Source: Octopus sinensis (Eukaryota). From it: a stretch of 64,000 nucleotides of DNA. The stretch spans positions 620,001-684,000 of the forward strand of contig NW_021833026.1 in the NCBI RefSeq assembly GCF_006345805.1, written 5' to 3'. Below, piece by piece: positions 52,638 through 64,000 of this stretch (position 1 is its first letter; the number at the start of each line of letters is the position of its first letter). Position numbers and translations under genes: made by a program. The notes beneath the pieces were generated by a model. The model did no database searches. It was given only the letters and a program-made list of their open reading frames with translations, and was not told where the DNA came from.

Positions 52638-52859
52638 TTATGACAATATCCCTCTCCTAAAACTATACATTAAAATTCTTTCCTTGTCTAGTTGAGAAAG
52701 TCGAGATGAAATTATATTTTTGGTTACACTGTTTTTTTTCTCTTGGTAGGCTCCGTGTTCAACATAAATGTTCTCTAACTTGACTGGATCTTTAGATCTT
52801 CCAAACCTTTTCTTGTACATTCCAATTTCTGAATTAGAGTCGAATGATAATTTTTTCAT
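52638..52859 (-). CDS. Short ORF of unknown identity
   Basis: 73-aa ATG ORF in AT-rich DNA; no motif recognised. Confidence 0.2.
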   Translation of the reverse strand: MKKLSFDSNSEIGMYKKRFGRSKDPVKLENIYVEHGAYQEKKNSVTKNIISSRLSQLDKERILMYSFRRGILS

Positions 52860-53183
52860 TATTTGTGTAACAAAAATAAAAAATTGTTTAAAGGGAGTTT
52901 AAATGGATACTAAATACTATATGAATTTTAGAAAATTACGTAGACAAAAATAATATTTAAATATTTAATTTAATTATTATTAATATAGAATTGAAAAAAT
53001 ACAAACTTGAGAAATAATAGACCTTTCGTAAAAGAAAATTTCAAAATAATTTATATTCTACTTATAAATTACAATTAAACTTGTATAGTAAAACTTCTTT
53101 TAATTTTTTAATTAAAAATATATTAAAAAATATTTTATTTAAATAACTATCGTAATATCTAAGAACGATCTTGTGGGACAATT

Positions 53184-53905
53184 ATGTCGATTTATTCACA
53201 AGGAGGTTATATGATTGACGAAAAGACAGAACAAACTAAAATTATAAAATCAAAACCATTGCGAGGTATAGCTCATTCTACGTCATAAATTAGCACCTTT
53301 AATTTGTACGGAACAAGCTTCCTGCATTATATGTTCAACTGAATTTCGTTTTTCATATTTATTGGCACAATTTAATTATCATGTTTGCGACAATTGCAGA
53401 GAAAGAGATGGAAAACACAAACTTATTACAAAAACTGATGCCAAAACTCAGTTTCTTCTTAAAGATGGTCATTTTGATGACTTGCCCTACCTTTCCAAGA
53501 GGAATCCACACATGCGGAAATATTACGGGGAAATGAAGTTATATGTTACCTCTCAAGTTATTCTACAATGTCTTATCATAAAGGTTCTTGAGCGAGCTAT
53601 AGAAGTTTGGGGAACTCAAGAAAGGATCATTTCTGAGAGGAGGAAGAGAGATTTGAATCAACAAAAGAGGACGATAAGAAAGTACAACAAAAAAATATCG
53701 GGTTAGAAAGTGCATTTTATTATTAAATAATTAATTTGAATTTAATTATATAAAAATTATTATTAATTAAGGATTGAGAGCTATATCAATTTTTCCTGAA
53801 TCTACAAAACTTCACCAACATTGTTTTGAGAATATAAAAGAAGAGACAAAATATTACAGAAAATGTAAAATTTGCGGTTTTAAAGTCGAATATGATGAGT
53901 TGTGA
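53184..53905 (+). CDS. XPA: Nucleotide excision repair protein XPA
   Basis: C4 zinc finger CIIC..F..SYL...F...VCDNC; KHKLITKTDAK..LLKD; KRNPH...GEMKLY; EVWG; C-terminal CKICG; introns 28, 27, 70 nt. Confidence 0.93.
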
Positions 53906-55448
53906 TCAAATATCCTTAAAAATAGAAGAAATGGATTTTAGTTCATTTCTTACTTTCTCAATCTCTATCATTAAATTATTTATTTCCATATTTTTTCTTA
54001 ATATAATGTCCTGGTAGTCACGTTCTTGTCTAGCCAGTTGAGATTCGAGTTGTTCTATTCTTTTCTCTTGTGCAGTCACTCTTGCAATGCTGTGTTCTTT
54101 TACTAGTGGAGGTTTCTGGTGGTTTTGTTTTTGAGGGAATTGTCCGTCCAGCCACTGATTAAGAGAGAGTTTTGGTTTTTGTTGAGGGCAGTAGAAAGTG
54201 TCGTGTTTTGGGGATTTTTCAAAAACGGAAACTGGTTCTACCAAACTTCTGCTAAGGACACTTCGATAAAAGCGCATGGTTTCTCCTTTTTTGTAGTCTA
54301 ACCCCCACTTTGGCATAGAAACTGGCCAAGTTTAACTTTTAAATATTTTACCGACGCTGCTGTGCTCTGTTCCGAGATTGTATGTGCGTAGAAGAGTGTT
54401 GTCGTCTACGGCAATAGTCTTCATAGTTGTGCAACCCTCGAATTTAAAAAGGAAACCAACCTTAGAAAAGAGGTACATCAAGTTCTTTGAACGATCGTAA
54501 AAAGGGATCAAAATTCCGTGCTGATTGTCGATTTCAGTGATACTTTTTGGATGAGAATAATTTCTCTACAAATTAAAGATTCCAATTTACATACAATGTC
54601 CCAAATTGCCATCTGCCGAGACATTTGTCCAGAGTAGCCTATTTGTACGATTCTGATATCGTCCAAATACAGGACACGGAAAAACCGACTTGATTTGGTA
54701 CGGATTTGCCCCTTTTAAATACTATTTTCATTTGTATATACAATGCTTTTTTTGCAGGTTCTGACGTCAAAAGTTCTTATGATCCCGTCCCGAGAGGAAG
54801 TAGCAAAATTGGACCCAGCTTCGTCCCATGAACTTGAATATATTTTTTCGTCAGTGACATTTACTGTGTTTATATTTGTGAGGTTTCCAACGTCCCAAAG
54901 TGAGATCTAAACACAAAACTGAGTTTTGGAGATTAAAAAATGTTGTTTTAAAAAAACAAATATTTAACTGTAGAATCTTTAGAACAACTCAGTAACAACG
55001 AATCCACGACTGGATTCCATTGCAGTTCGACAGGTCCCCTGGTTTCCAAACTTCCAAAATATTCGTCGGTCTCTAGGGAAGACTTCCCGCTGATTTTCCA
55101 CAGTTTTATCTGCAAATTTATTTCAACAGACAACCAAATTGTCATCTGATCCCGTGGCAATGAGGTTAGTATCCATAGGAGACCATTGGATATCGTTAAT
55201 TGTGCCGGAATGAGCATGGACATAGACAGTACTTGTTCTCGTATCTCCTACCTTTATAATACATGAAATATATTTAGTACATTATCTATATTAAAAATTG
55301 CTAGACTGTTGCCATTAATTCCATAAGTTGTCGCATAGAAGATCGGATTTACAGAGGCTGATCTTCCATTTCTTGTGGATTGGTATTCTTTTATGTTGTA
55401 ATGACATTCCTCAAAGGGAGGAATGTTAAGATCAAACAGTTTAGCCAT
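53906..55448 (-). CDS. CORO1: Coronin (WD40 actin regulator with C-terminal coiled coil)
   Basis: HSGTINDIQWSP..NLIATGSDD..IKLW; SRQMAIWD; GILIPFYD; MPKWGLDY..ETMRFY; EPVS; coiled-coil tail; ~7 introns, mostly 25-30 nt, one ~60 nt. Confidence 0.9.
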
Positions 55449-55499
55449 TCTGAAAATGATCGAGTTTTGCGTAGATTGTCATTTTCATATGGCCTCTCA

Positions 55500-55832
55500 A
55501 CGAATATATTGATATTGGCAATAAAGGATCTTCGATTAGCAATTACTTGACTTTGTTATGAACATGAATCAATTAATGGAATGAGTAATCTCAATTCTCT
55601 TCTCGATCCAATTGGTCTTATCGGCGTAAAAATACGAAATCTGCAATTTATTGATAGTTGTGAAATGTGTGACATGAACATTATTGACGACATTGCTTTT
55701 AATAACTTTCAGATTCTCCTCATTTTAACAGGTCAAATTGGAGGTTCGTTTATTTTTGAACATAACAATTATTTAACAGTGAGAGCTAACCTAAAAGTAC
55801 CCACAGCTGTAATATTACGAGTTTTATTATGA
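55500..55832 (+). CDS. Unidentified coding fragment divergent from coronin, ending just before a hAT insertion
   Basis: 83-aa ORF 55581-55832 with GT-AG mini-intron candidates. Confidence 0.3.
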
Positions 55833-55895
55833 TAACATTAATTCACTTTAATTAGTTTTCTTTTGTAAACAAAACTTTTTCTGTATACTCTAAAC

Positions 55896-57000
55896 TAGGG
55901 AATGTCAAACATGCGGCCTCGGCATGTATAGGTGCGGCTCGCAAGCCTCATTTGCAACAGTAATGTTTAGTAGAGTAATGCAACAGTACCGTGCAGTCAG
56001 AATTTATGTCTATAGAATACAGAAATCATTATTTTATCTTTTAGAATATAAAATATTTTTAGTTTATTGTAAATCTTGTTTGAAAAGTGCTTCTTTTGTT
56101 AAAAAATGAAAAGAGAGTGTCTCAAAAAATGAGAAATTATCTATCTTTTTACAACAATTGATCCAAAAATACATTGTTTGATATGTATCTAGTTAATCCC
56201 TATACTGAAAGAATACAACTTAAAAAAGCATTCCAAATCACTGATCATACTATTATTTCAAAGGTACTAAGTTTCTTATTAACAAAAAAGATCAAATACG
56301 TGTTTCAAAGCTAAATTACGAAATAATTTGACTTCGTAACAAATTCATTTCATCAAAAATTACACATTTGAACGATCTTAGTTTGGAATTGTAGGGCAAA
56401 AACAAGCTCATAACTCAGTTGTCAGATAATATCAAGTGTTTATTTTAAAAATAAAATTATAGAAGTTTCAGCTATTAAATGAAGATTTAGCTCATTTTCC
56501 TACTTGTAAAGAATTGAAGAGTACTGTTGGTGAACATATTGTAATAAATTTTGCCAAGTATGAAAAAAATTGGAAGGAATTTCAGGAAAGATTCAATTCT
56601 CGTCTTTTGAACATGAATTTTTATCATTCACAGCACAATTCGCTTTCGATGCTTCTAATACAAATAAAAGTTTAAAAAATTAATTGTTGGAGATCTAATC
56701 GGATTCTACACTAAAAACTAAATATCTTAAGGTTTCAATACCTGCTTCTTTACGCATCTTCCTGAAAAGTTTAAAAACTTTAGAAATGTTGTTACAAAAA
56801 TAATTGCTATGGTTAATTCAAAATATGTGTGAACAACTTTTTTCATATATGAAATTAACAAAAACTGTTTATAGAACACGACTCACAAATAAAAATTTAT
56901 CAAATATGTATGATAAAATAAGTTTAGATAAATTCATTAATACCTAATCAATATAAAAGCAATGAGGAATTCAAGAAGCATTCGCTCGCTTTTATATTGA
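55896..57000 (+). mobile_element. hAT (SPIN/GTF2IRD2-like) internally deleted element
   Basis: Left end TAGGGAATGTCAAACATGCGGCC after CTCTAAAC; CLIC...KEYNLKKH zinc finger; YVCEQLFSYMK...RTRLTNKNL C-terminus; right TIR not found. Confidence 0.75.
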
Positions 57001-57340
57001 TTAAATGAATTTCCTCATTTTTGAATAAGCATTTTCAGTCAGATAAGACTATATAACTCTCTGAATGATATGGACTTAGTTTTACTTTTTCATGGGAGCA
57101 TAAAGCTATAGAACTTAGGTGACAGATGTTGTAGATAAATTAATTATACTGCTGACGGTTCCACAAAATAGCACTTTTCCTTCGTAGTTCCAGTTTCTAA
57201 GATCTCTGGTTTGAAGTTTAAACTCAAAAAAGATGGCTTCAGCAATAAGTTTAGATTCATGATAATAAAAAAGCACTCAGCTTTTAATTTATCAAAAAAT
57301 AAATGAGTCAAAAATATCTATTTTCATAAGTTAAAATAAA

Positions 57341-57889
57341 TTAGTTTATCATTAAAAATAAAATAAATAAAAGTCCCAAAAAGAAAAAAATATTCGGAAG
57401 AATTACTGAAGAATCTAAACTGCAAAAAAAACAAAACTTGGTCGAGTTGTCCGGTTGTTGGCCGTTGGGATAAAAAATGAAACAAAACTAAACGGGAATA
57501 AACCAAAACTGATAGTCGAGGCTGTATTAGGAAAGAGAGACTCAAAAATGCCATTCGTTGGTGCCTCATTTTCGCACCTTTGGCCACTCGGCCTGTCAGG
57601 AATGTTTGATCTTAAAAAATAAATCTCAAAAAACTACCGGGGATCAACCTGCTGTCCTCCGTTGGCATAAATAGGGATTAATGACGTCTGAGATATCCCG
57701 GATCTACACACTGGACAACTTGTGCCTGTGGAAGTCTGCATCCACTGGTAAATACAGGACCAACTAGTGAGGTAGGAGATATGTGACTAACCAGTGAAGG
57801 TGACCGCAGAGGCTGACAACTGGATCCTTGGCTCGTTCGAGACAGATGTTGCAGATATAAAAATCCTCTTCAAAATTCATTTTATTCAT
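57341..57889 (-). CDS. RNF185: RING E3 ubiquitin ligase RNF5/RNF185 (RMA1) family
   Basis: Absent from the ORF track as a unit; splices (28, ~29, 23 nt introns) to [30 protein letters not shown]...CPVCRSGIS...IPIY..G...DPRSNIPDRPSGQR...SFGLFPF...C-terminal hydrophobic anchor. Confidence 0.88.
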
Positions 57890-58222
57890 TTGAGTATTTT
57901 GTTTGATAAAATTATTTCAATTTATGTTGTGCACAACAAAAAACAAAATGTTTTCCTAATTGTTTTATTTAACAAAAAACGAAAAATTAAATATTTATAT
58001 TCAATATTACTCCTTATTGCTATTAAAAATTAAAATAATTAGTTGAATAAAATTTGAATTTTTAAATAACCACTACTATTAATGTTTTCAATTTAATGTT
58101 AATCTTGATAAATTAGAGGTTCCTAGCATATCACACGGGCCACGCGATACCTATGGACAGACTTTTACATTAACCTTGAACTAAGATTAACTTCAATTTA
58201 AAACTATTTTTTTAGTCTAGTC

Positions 58223-58583
58223 CAGTGATTCTCAAGTGCGGCCCCTAGGATTTAATTGAGGGGCTTAATTTCCAAGGAAAATAAGATTTTTGAACTCATC
58301 TGTGAAGAAAAATATTTCATTATTGAGGTCAATGGAAAGGCCTTTTGCCTAATATGCAATTCTATTATTGTTACTTTAAAAACGTATACAATCGAACGAC
58401 ACTATTCTTCCCACTCTATTCTTTATGACAAATTCACTGGTGTTTCTCGGACGAAAAAACTAAAACAAATGAAAGAAGATTATTTAAAGCGATCATCCAC
58501 TTTCAAAAGTGGCTAAAATATTACTCATTGGCTAAAAAATTTGATTTTTGCGGCCCCTGGCTCAAAATTCTTGAGAAACACTG
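58223..58583 (+). mobile_element. 361-bp hAT deletion derivative with TIRs and perfect 8-bp TSD
   Basis: CAGTGATTCTCAAG / CTTGAGAAACACTG; GTCTAGTC at 58215-58222 and 58584-58591; internal YFIIEVNGKAFCLIC...IERHY zinc-finger coding. Confidence 0.93.
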
Positions 58584-58704
58584 GTCTAGTCATTAGTACA
58601 GTCGATATTTCTTTTTTCGAATTTTTTATCTGTTAAAGTAAAATATTTAAAACTACCTCAAAGCAGTTATTCGATAAATTTCGAACAACATAACATTTTT
58701 TTTC

Positions 58705-58870
58705 AGGAGTTATAGCCCAGCCGAACGGATTGCTTTCGCGTTCCCGCGCACGATTGCGAGCGAGATCCTCTGCCTCAACCAAGAGGACTCGCGACCATCC
58801 ATTTTCTTCCGAGCAATGAGGATACCGAGGTATTTTATGAAGCATGAGGTGAGCAGACGTTTCTAATTGG
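58705..58870 (-). mobile_element. CRE 3' fragment
   Basis: DGRESSWLRQRISLAIVRGNAKAIRSAGL*. Confidence 0.8.
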
Positions 58871-59189
58871 TACTTTGTCTCCATCACTAAAAGTATACTT
58901 ACTATTATAAACATTCATTCTCATGTTCATAGCTTTGTACTAACTTGAATTTTCATCAATTTGGTTAATTTCGAAATTAAATCTCTTCGCACTTGGAAAC
59001 AAATTGTCTGACCGAAAATAATCTGGATATAGTTTTTAAATCCAATTACACGAATTCAAACAATTAAAAAAATCTTCCATTTCTTCCTAAGTCACACACT
59101 CATCACTTAAATTATCTAAGTCATAATGTGATATATAATAACCATGGATTATTGAACTTATTCTCTTTATTCCTCGATATCTTTCGAAA

Positions 59190-59545
59190 GGACTTTCGTT
59201 AGAAGATGGATGGACAAATATGCTTACAGTGAAATATCTTTGTCAACATTCATATTCAATTTTATTTTCATCTCCGTGTAAAAACTCGTGTAATGATTTC
59301 GCCGCAAGCTCCATTTCGGTTTCATTATCGAGGGATATGACTAAGATGGGATCACTTGATTTAAGATAAAGTCTGTAAATTTATTGAAAATTTATAATAC
59401 CTGTCATTGATAATGGTGAAATTCGCCATCTTCTTTATAAGTCTATATTTTCGGAAGATTTTCGGGAAATTTATCATGTAAAGCATTTTTTAAATTTGAT
59501 ATCAACGCAGTTACAAAACCCTTGTAAGAAGCCATGCAACAAAAT
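59190..59545 (-). mobile_element. Probable Ginger2-like N-terminal (pre-integrase) fragment with 28-nt intron
   Basis: NFTIINDR|LYLK..D.ILV...LHEFLHG..K...QRYF resembles the region before the H2C2 motif; frameshift and stop. Confidence 0.5.
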
Positions 59546-59699
59546 AATCATTCATGCTAAATATCACGCTAAAAATTAAGGTTTGCCGCTATAAAAAATA
59601 AAATCTTTATTATCATAACATTTATAAATAAAAACTAATCTAATAAGATCACGATAAAAATCAGATATACAAAATTAAATATCGAATTAAAAATAAAAA

Positions 59700-59950
59700 A
59701 GACCTCCAACCTCATATTCATGTCCAGTAAACTCACGGCAACCGATTCCCACCCTGCCCTATTTCTATTGAAGAACTGGTTAGCAATCCCCAAGCTACTA
59801 TTCACCCTCAGAGGTGATCCCTGCTTCACAAATCACGTGGGTTTTTCCACCTTTGACCATGCTCTCAGATCATGCCTCGAAACAATCTGTAATGTCTCTT
59901 TCGATGACCTCGGCTGGAAGCAGGAAATCCTCCCGGTTAAGCACGGTGCG
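59700..59950 (+). mobile_element. CRE post-RT fragment
   Basis: DSHPALFLLKNWLAIPKLLFTLR...LETICNVSFDDLGWKQ..LPV. Confidence 0.8.
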
Positions 59951-60034
59951 TAAAGACCAACCATGTAATATAGTATTTGTTTGTTTGTTTGTTTTTTTAA
60001 GAGTTAAATTTATTTCAAATCAAAAGAGAAATAG

Positions 60035-60700
60035 TCATTGGCAGATAGCCAGAGTATTGCCTCTGACTATGGCTATAGATATTCGTTCGGTTAAATACCG
60101 GTGCTCACACGGGTCGCCGGTAACCCTTTCGATTAATGAGGCAATACGCTGGAGTAGGGTCCGAGTAGAAGGCCCCTGTATTCCTGACGTCTCAACAGCC
60201 AGGGGGACAAACACTCTCCTATTCCCAATTCCAGCGTATTTCTCAGCTTTTCTTTTCTCAGCCCGTTCAGACGGGGCTCCCGGATTCTCGATGCATAATT
60301 TGATATTCTGATTAGAAAAGGAGTTCACACCTGTGACGTCCCAAACCAGACACTTTCCCCTCTGGAATGGAAATGTGGTCATCCCATCGGGTCTTCTGCC
60401 GTCCTCTACGAAAATCCCTGCAGGTTCCAATTGTGTGTGGAATCCCGCAGTTCGAAGAGATCGACAGATGATCTGGTTCAGTTCGGAATGCCGTGAGGAA
60501 CGTCCAATTCCGTTTCGACAGGAGAGGGAGTGATATCCAAACTCGTCAGTCCACACGCCGCACCGGCATTGGTGTTTTTCATAAACGCGTAGACCGAGGC
60601 GCAAACAAACTCCAATTCTTACGGCTTCATCGTTAAGAAGGCAGCCAGTTGTATTACAAGGGTAACAGTTTAGCCACGCGCCGCTTAGGGGCTGGTATTT
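60035..60700 (-). mobile_element. CRE 3' fragment (CCHC + RLE)
   Basis: SGAWLN...CRCG..HSLSC..RH..RRPDGMT..WDVT..ERISIAIVRGN. Confidence 0.9.
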
Positions 60701-60885
60701 GTTAAAAATTAATTTTGTTTTAATCAAATATATCAATTGAATATTTATGTATTTTTATTTAATAAAGGCTGATATAATATTCATCAAAATGGGTTTTGTT
60801 GACGTTTTTAAACATAACTTAAATTTTCATTCATGTTTAAATCATGAACATTATTTATAATCATAATATAATTCTAAATAAAGGT

Positions 60886-61183
60886 ATGATCGAAATTACC
60901 TGCAATGACCGTTGCGGCAAAAAAGTGCGAATAAAATGCCTGTAATTCTTACTTTGAATATAAGACAGGCCTTCTGATACAATTGGAGATTTAAAGAAAC
61001 TAATCTCAGTTCAAACAGGAACTCACCACTCCAAAATTGTTTTAAAAAAATGGTTTCTTATTTTTTTAACCGATAGGTACAATGTATATAAGGACCACAT
61101 AACACTCGACACATGTATTTCAATTTATTATATATTTAGACGAAATTCATGACGGAATGAACCTCGAACTTTACTATCAGTGA
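60886..61183 (+). CDS. UBL5: Ubiquitin-like protein 5 (Hub1), 73 aa
   Basis: [18 protein letters not shown]...[13 protein letters not shown]...KIVLKKW...[13 protein letters not shown]; introns 27, 24, 25 nt. Confidence 0.97.
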
Positions 61184-61717
61184 TTTTTTGGTTTTTTGAT
61201 TAATAATATTTTGATTTTTTGAGGAAAATTATTTATTTGATAACGAAAACAATATATTATTAATTTAAACAGCTGTTCAGTCTAATATGCCCTGATATTT
61301 CCTAAGTTTTGTAAATTCAGCACTGTTAGCACGAGACTCGTTGATGGCCGAGTTAGAAAATGTATTGTGGAATCCCAAACCAATGGTTTACCAGTCTCGA
61401 AAGCACATATTTTTTAATTAATATTTTTATTTTAATGTTTATTTTTATTAAAATTTAAATAACCTACGGTAATATTTTAAATGAAATTTAACTTTATATA
61501 CCAAAGACGTCAAAATTTTTTAAAAAGTGGTTATAGAAAATATCAATTAATATATGGTTTATATTAATTTGATAAATATATTTATTTATTTTTTTAATCA
61601 TTAATACTTCATATAATTACTTGTGGTGTTGCTCGTGACTGTAAGTTTGTTTGATAATAATTTAGCCATTTTTAATATATACGTTAAATATTTTGTTACT
61701 ATAATTATTTAGTCTAA

Positions 61718-62592
61718 ATGTACAACGGTATTGGATTGACAACCCCCCGAGGAAGCGGTACAAGTGGCTATGTCCAGAAAAACCTGGCCTGTCTAATGAA
61801 GAAAAGCCAAAAAATAAAATACGAGTATTCCCAAGAAGGCAGCAAAGTAGCAGAACTCAAGAAACCAAATCAGTTTATTCTCAACCACGAGAAAAAAAGG
61901 AAAGTCGAAGTCCAATGTTCCGAAATGGAGGATTTGATGCAAAAGAAAGGGTACTCACTCTCGTCCTCACAAACAGTTATTCCGAAGAAGAGTGCAATCG
62001 AATGGTCTCTGAATTCCGTAGGAAACTTCTCGACAACCTTGATGAGACGGTCGAAATAGAATTGGACGAGTTTGGACGTCCAAGGTCAGAATCTGATAAT
62101 TTACAATTTAGTACTAAAGGGAGTCACCAGTTGGCTGTAGCCACCAACAAGAGGAATGAAATGCTCAGAGACGCATTCGGACTTGACGAGTCATATGATC
62201 GAATATCTTCTTTGTCGAGAATTCCTTTCAAGAAGAAGGGAGAGATCGAGTCTGCGAAGGTCGATGTCAATCCCCCTCAGGCGATTATTTCGAATGAGGA
62301 ATTGGAGCGGCAAAAACTTAAAGAGCTTAAAAAGTCTAAGAAACTGGAGAAAAAGGCACTGAAATTGGAAAAGAAGGAAAAACGGAAGGCGGAGAAGGAA
62401 AAAGCGAGAAAGTCCAAGTTTGGACTAAAAAAATATTTTTAGGAGGAGAGGAAGAGATTCTGAGGAGAGCAGTGAGTGCAGTTGTAGTGACTGCGATGTG
62501 AGGTGAGTGTAGAATTTGTTGTTATTGGTAGTAAGAAGATCAAGCGTGAGGATCCATCGCCTCGGCGTTACAAAAGTCTAGACGTTGATTGA
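61718..62592 (+). CDS. CWC21: Cwf21-domain spliceosomal protein (CWC21/SRRM2-like)
   Basis: MYNGIGLTTPRGSGTSGYVQKN; HEKKRKVEVQC..MED.M...GYSEEE; Lys-rich tail; introns 26, 27, 25, 29 nt. Confidence 0.9.
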
Positions 62593-63189
62593 CTAATAAT
62601 TTGTGTCTTTTATTCCTTTTGTTTATTCTAACTGTTTAATATGAACATTCGTCTTATTTGGGAAGCGCTAATAAAATTATATGGAATTTTGTTTTTATAC
62701 AGAACAAGATTTTTATTTTCTATTTTTGAAAATCTTTTTTAAGTACAGTATTCTGCAGTTACTATAAAAAAACATTTAGGATGTTTTATGAGCTTAAATC
62801 AATATATGCTAAAATACCACGTCATCTTCAAAGTGGTGTGTTACAATTATTAAATAAACTAATTAAGTAGCCTTCGAGTGAACAAGGGGGAACACTTCAA
62901 ATATCTTTCTCATCCTTTCTTTCTCTTTTCTGGCTCTATAAATTTCGAAAAGTTGCAGTCATGGGTCTCTTGTCGACTAAATTATAAGAAAAAGTGGATC
63001 GGTGAGCATTAAGCGAGATAAACAGAAGATTTTTTGTTGTTAAATAAACGCATTAATTTATTATTGATAAAAACGTAAGTTCTGTATAAAATGTTTATCA
63101 ATCTTCTATTAATTTCCAAGCCAATAAGGTCCACATTCACTATCAGGTTTTCTCTGGGCCTGACATGAAAAAAGATTAGTCATCACAGT

Positions 63190-63960
63190 ACGAGGTTGTC
63201 TCATTTCTAGTATATCGTTCATATGCCATTCATATCTACAAATAGAAATATAAATAATACTTTATAATTGAATTTATTAACAAAATACTTTTATTGTGTA
63301 CATCTCTTGAGAGACTGACGATTGTACCGATACTGGACACATAAAGATGAATGTTATTTAAAATTAGACGAAATGGGGGACTGTTAGCTTGCCCTTTTGT
63401 CAAAACTAATTTCAAGTTTATTTAACTTGCCTTAACTTGTTTTATGAAATTCTGAAACAAAACCGACGTCTTTTGGATGGACAGATTGATAAAGAGACCG
63501 GTTCATTAGAGAATTGGCGGAAACTCCACTTAAATCATTAATCCTTAAGAATAAAAAACTTTTCAAAAACCGGGAATCGACAAAACTAACAGTAAGATCG
63601 CCCTCTGTTCGAAATATAAACGAATTTGCGGAAATGACGTGGAAGTTTGACCATGGTGAAATAATAAAATTCCCTGTCATTACTATGACACTTCTCATGT
63701 TGTGATTTTGGTGCATTTTCATATTACATTGAACTACCTTGACATTTTACTTTAATAGATTATACCTTGCAGTTCTCAAATGTAAGTCCAGCAATTCTTT
63801 TAGGAAGAGTTGTCTTGATTCGGAAAATTACTTGCTGTCTTGTATATAATCCAGTGTAGCTCAAAGGGATTTGACAATTTTTTAAACATCTTTTGAATTC
63901 TTCAGAATCTTTGTATAAAATGTAAGAATTAAAATTAGTTCCGACAATCTCTTGCTACAA
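63190..63960 (-). CDS. bHLH-PAS transcription factor (SIM/Trachealess-like), partial: PAS-A end and PAS-B; 5' part lies beyond the window
   Basis: FRIKTTLPKRIAGLT..CKVVQC; NSFIFR..DL.VSFVDSR; LYQSVHPKD; H..ILTKGQ; 3' end uncertain. Confidence 0.75.
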
Positions 63961-64000
63961 AATTTTATAAAAAGGAACTATAAACCTGATTTATTCCTAT

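Noticed and set aside
58633-58914. 93-aa ORF as a novel gene
   Set aside because: Another frame of the same strand is the CRE C-terminus (WLRQRISLAIVRGN)
59700-60700. Twin-priming 5' inversion of a CRE copy
   Set aside because: The inverted piece lies on the 3' side of the minus-strand fragment, the wrong geometry; treated as two insertions
61330-61385. tRNA-like GATGGCCGAG D-arm motif
   Set aside because: No T-arm GTTCRA consensus or cloverleaf could be built

Overview
AT-rich eukaryotic nuclear DNA from a bilaterian animal (EGFR-type RTK, SHC-like adaptor, SIM-like PAS gene, axonemal dynein) with extremely short spliceosomal introns, mostly 20-32 nt. That size recalls dicyemid mesozoans, but the organism assignment is inference. 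Compact housekeeping gene islands that read intact on hand splicing (CIAO1-GPI at 16.9-20.1 kb, XPA-coronin at 53.2-55.4 kb, RNF5/185 at 57.3-57.9 kb, UBL5-CWC21 at 60.9-62.6 kb, followed by a partial SIM-like gene running off the window end) alternate with a dense mosaic of mobile DNA and gene debris. The mobile DNA includes at least 15 pieces of a CRE-like RLE non-LTR retrotransposon. One copy (48.8-51.8 kb) is nearly intact and encodes PHD finger + RT + CCHC + restriction-like endonuclease. There is also a non-autonomous Helitron carrying a ~95-bp satellite, nested in inverted orientation inside a copy of itself (9.3-13.9 kb); Ginger2-like integrase elements and a hAT transposase that carry mini-introns; and Tigger, RTE-like and APE-LINE remnants. 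A 3-kb inverted duplication carries an intronless carbohydrate sulfotransferase. A rearranged EGFR-like pseudogene lacks a transmembrane segment and has a duplicated extracellular piece fused to an integrase. No CRISPR, rRNA or convincing tRNA. All translations and splice models were read by hand and no database search was run; boundaries given with ~ or described as approximate may be off by tens of bases.
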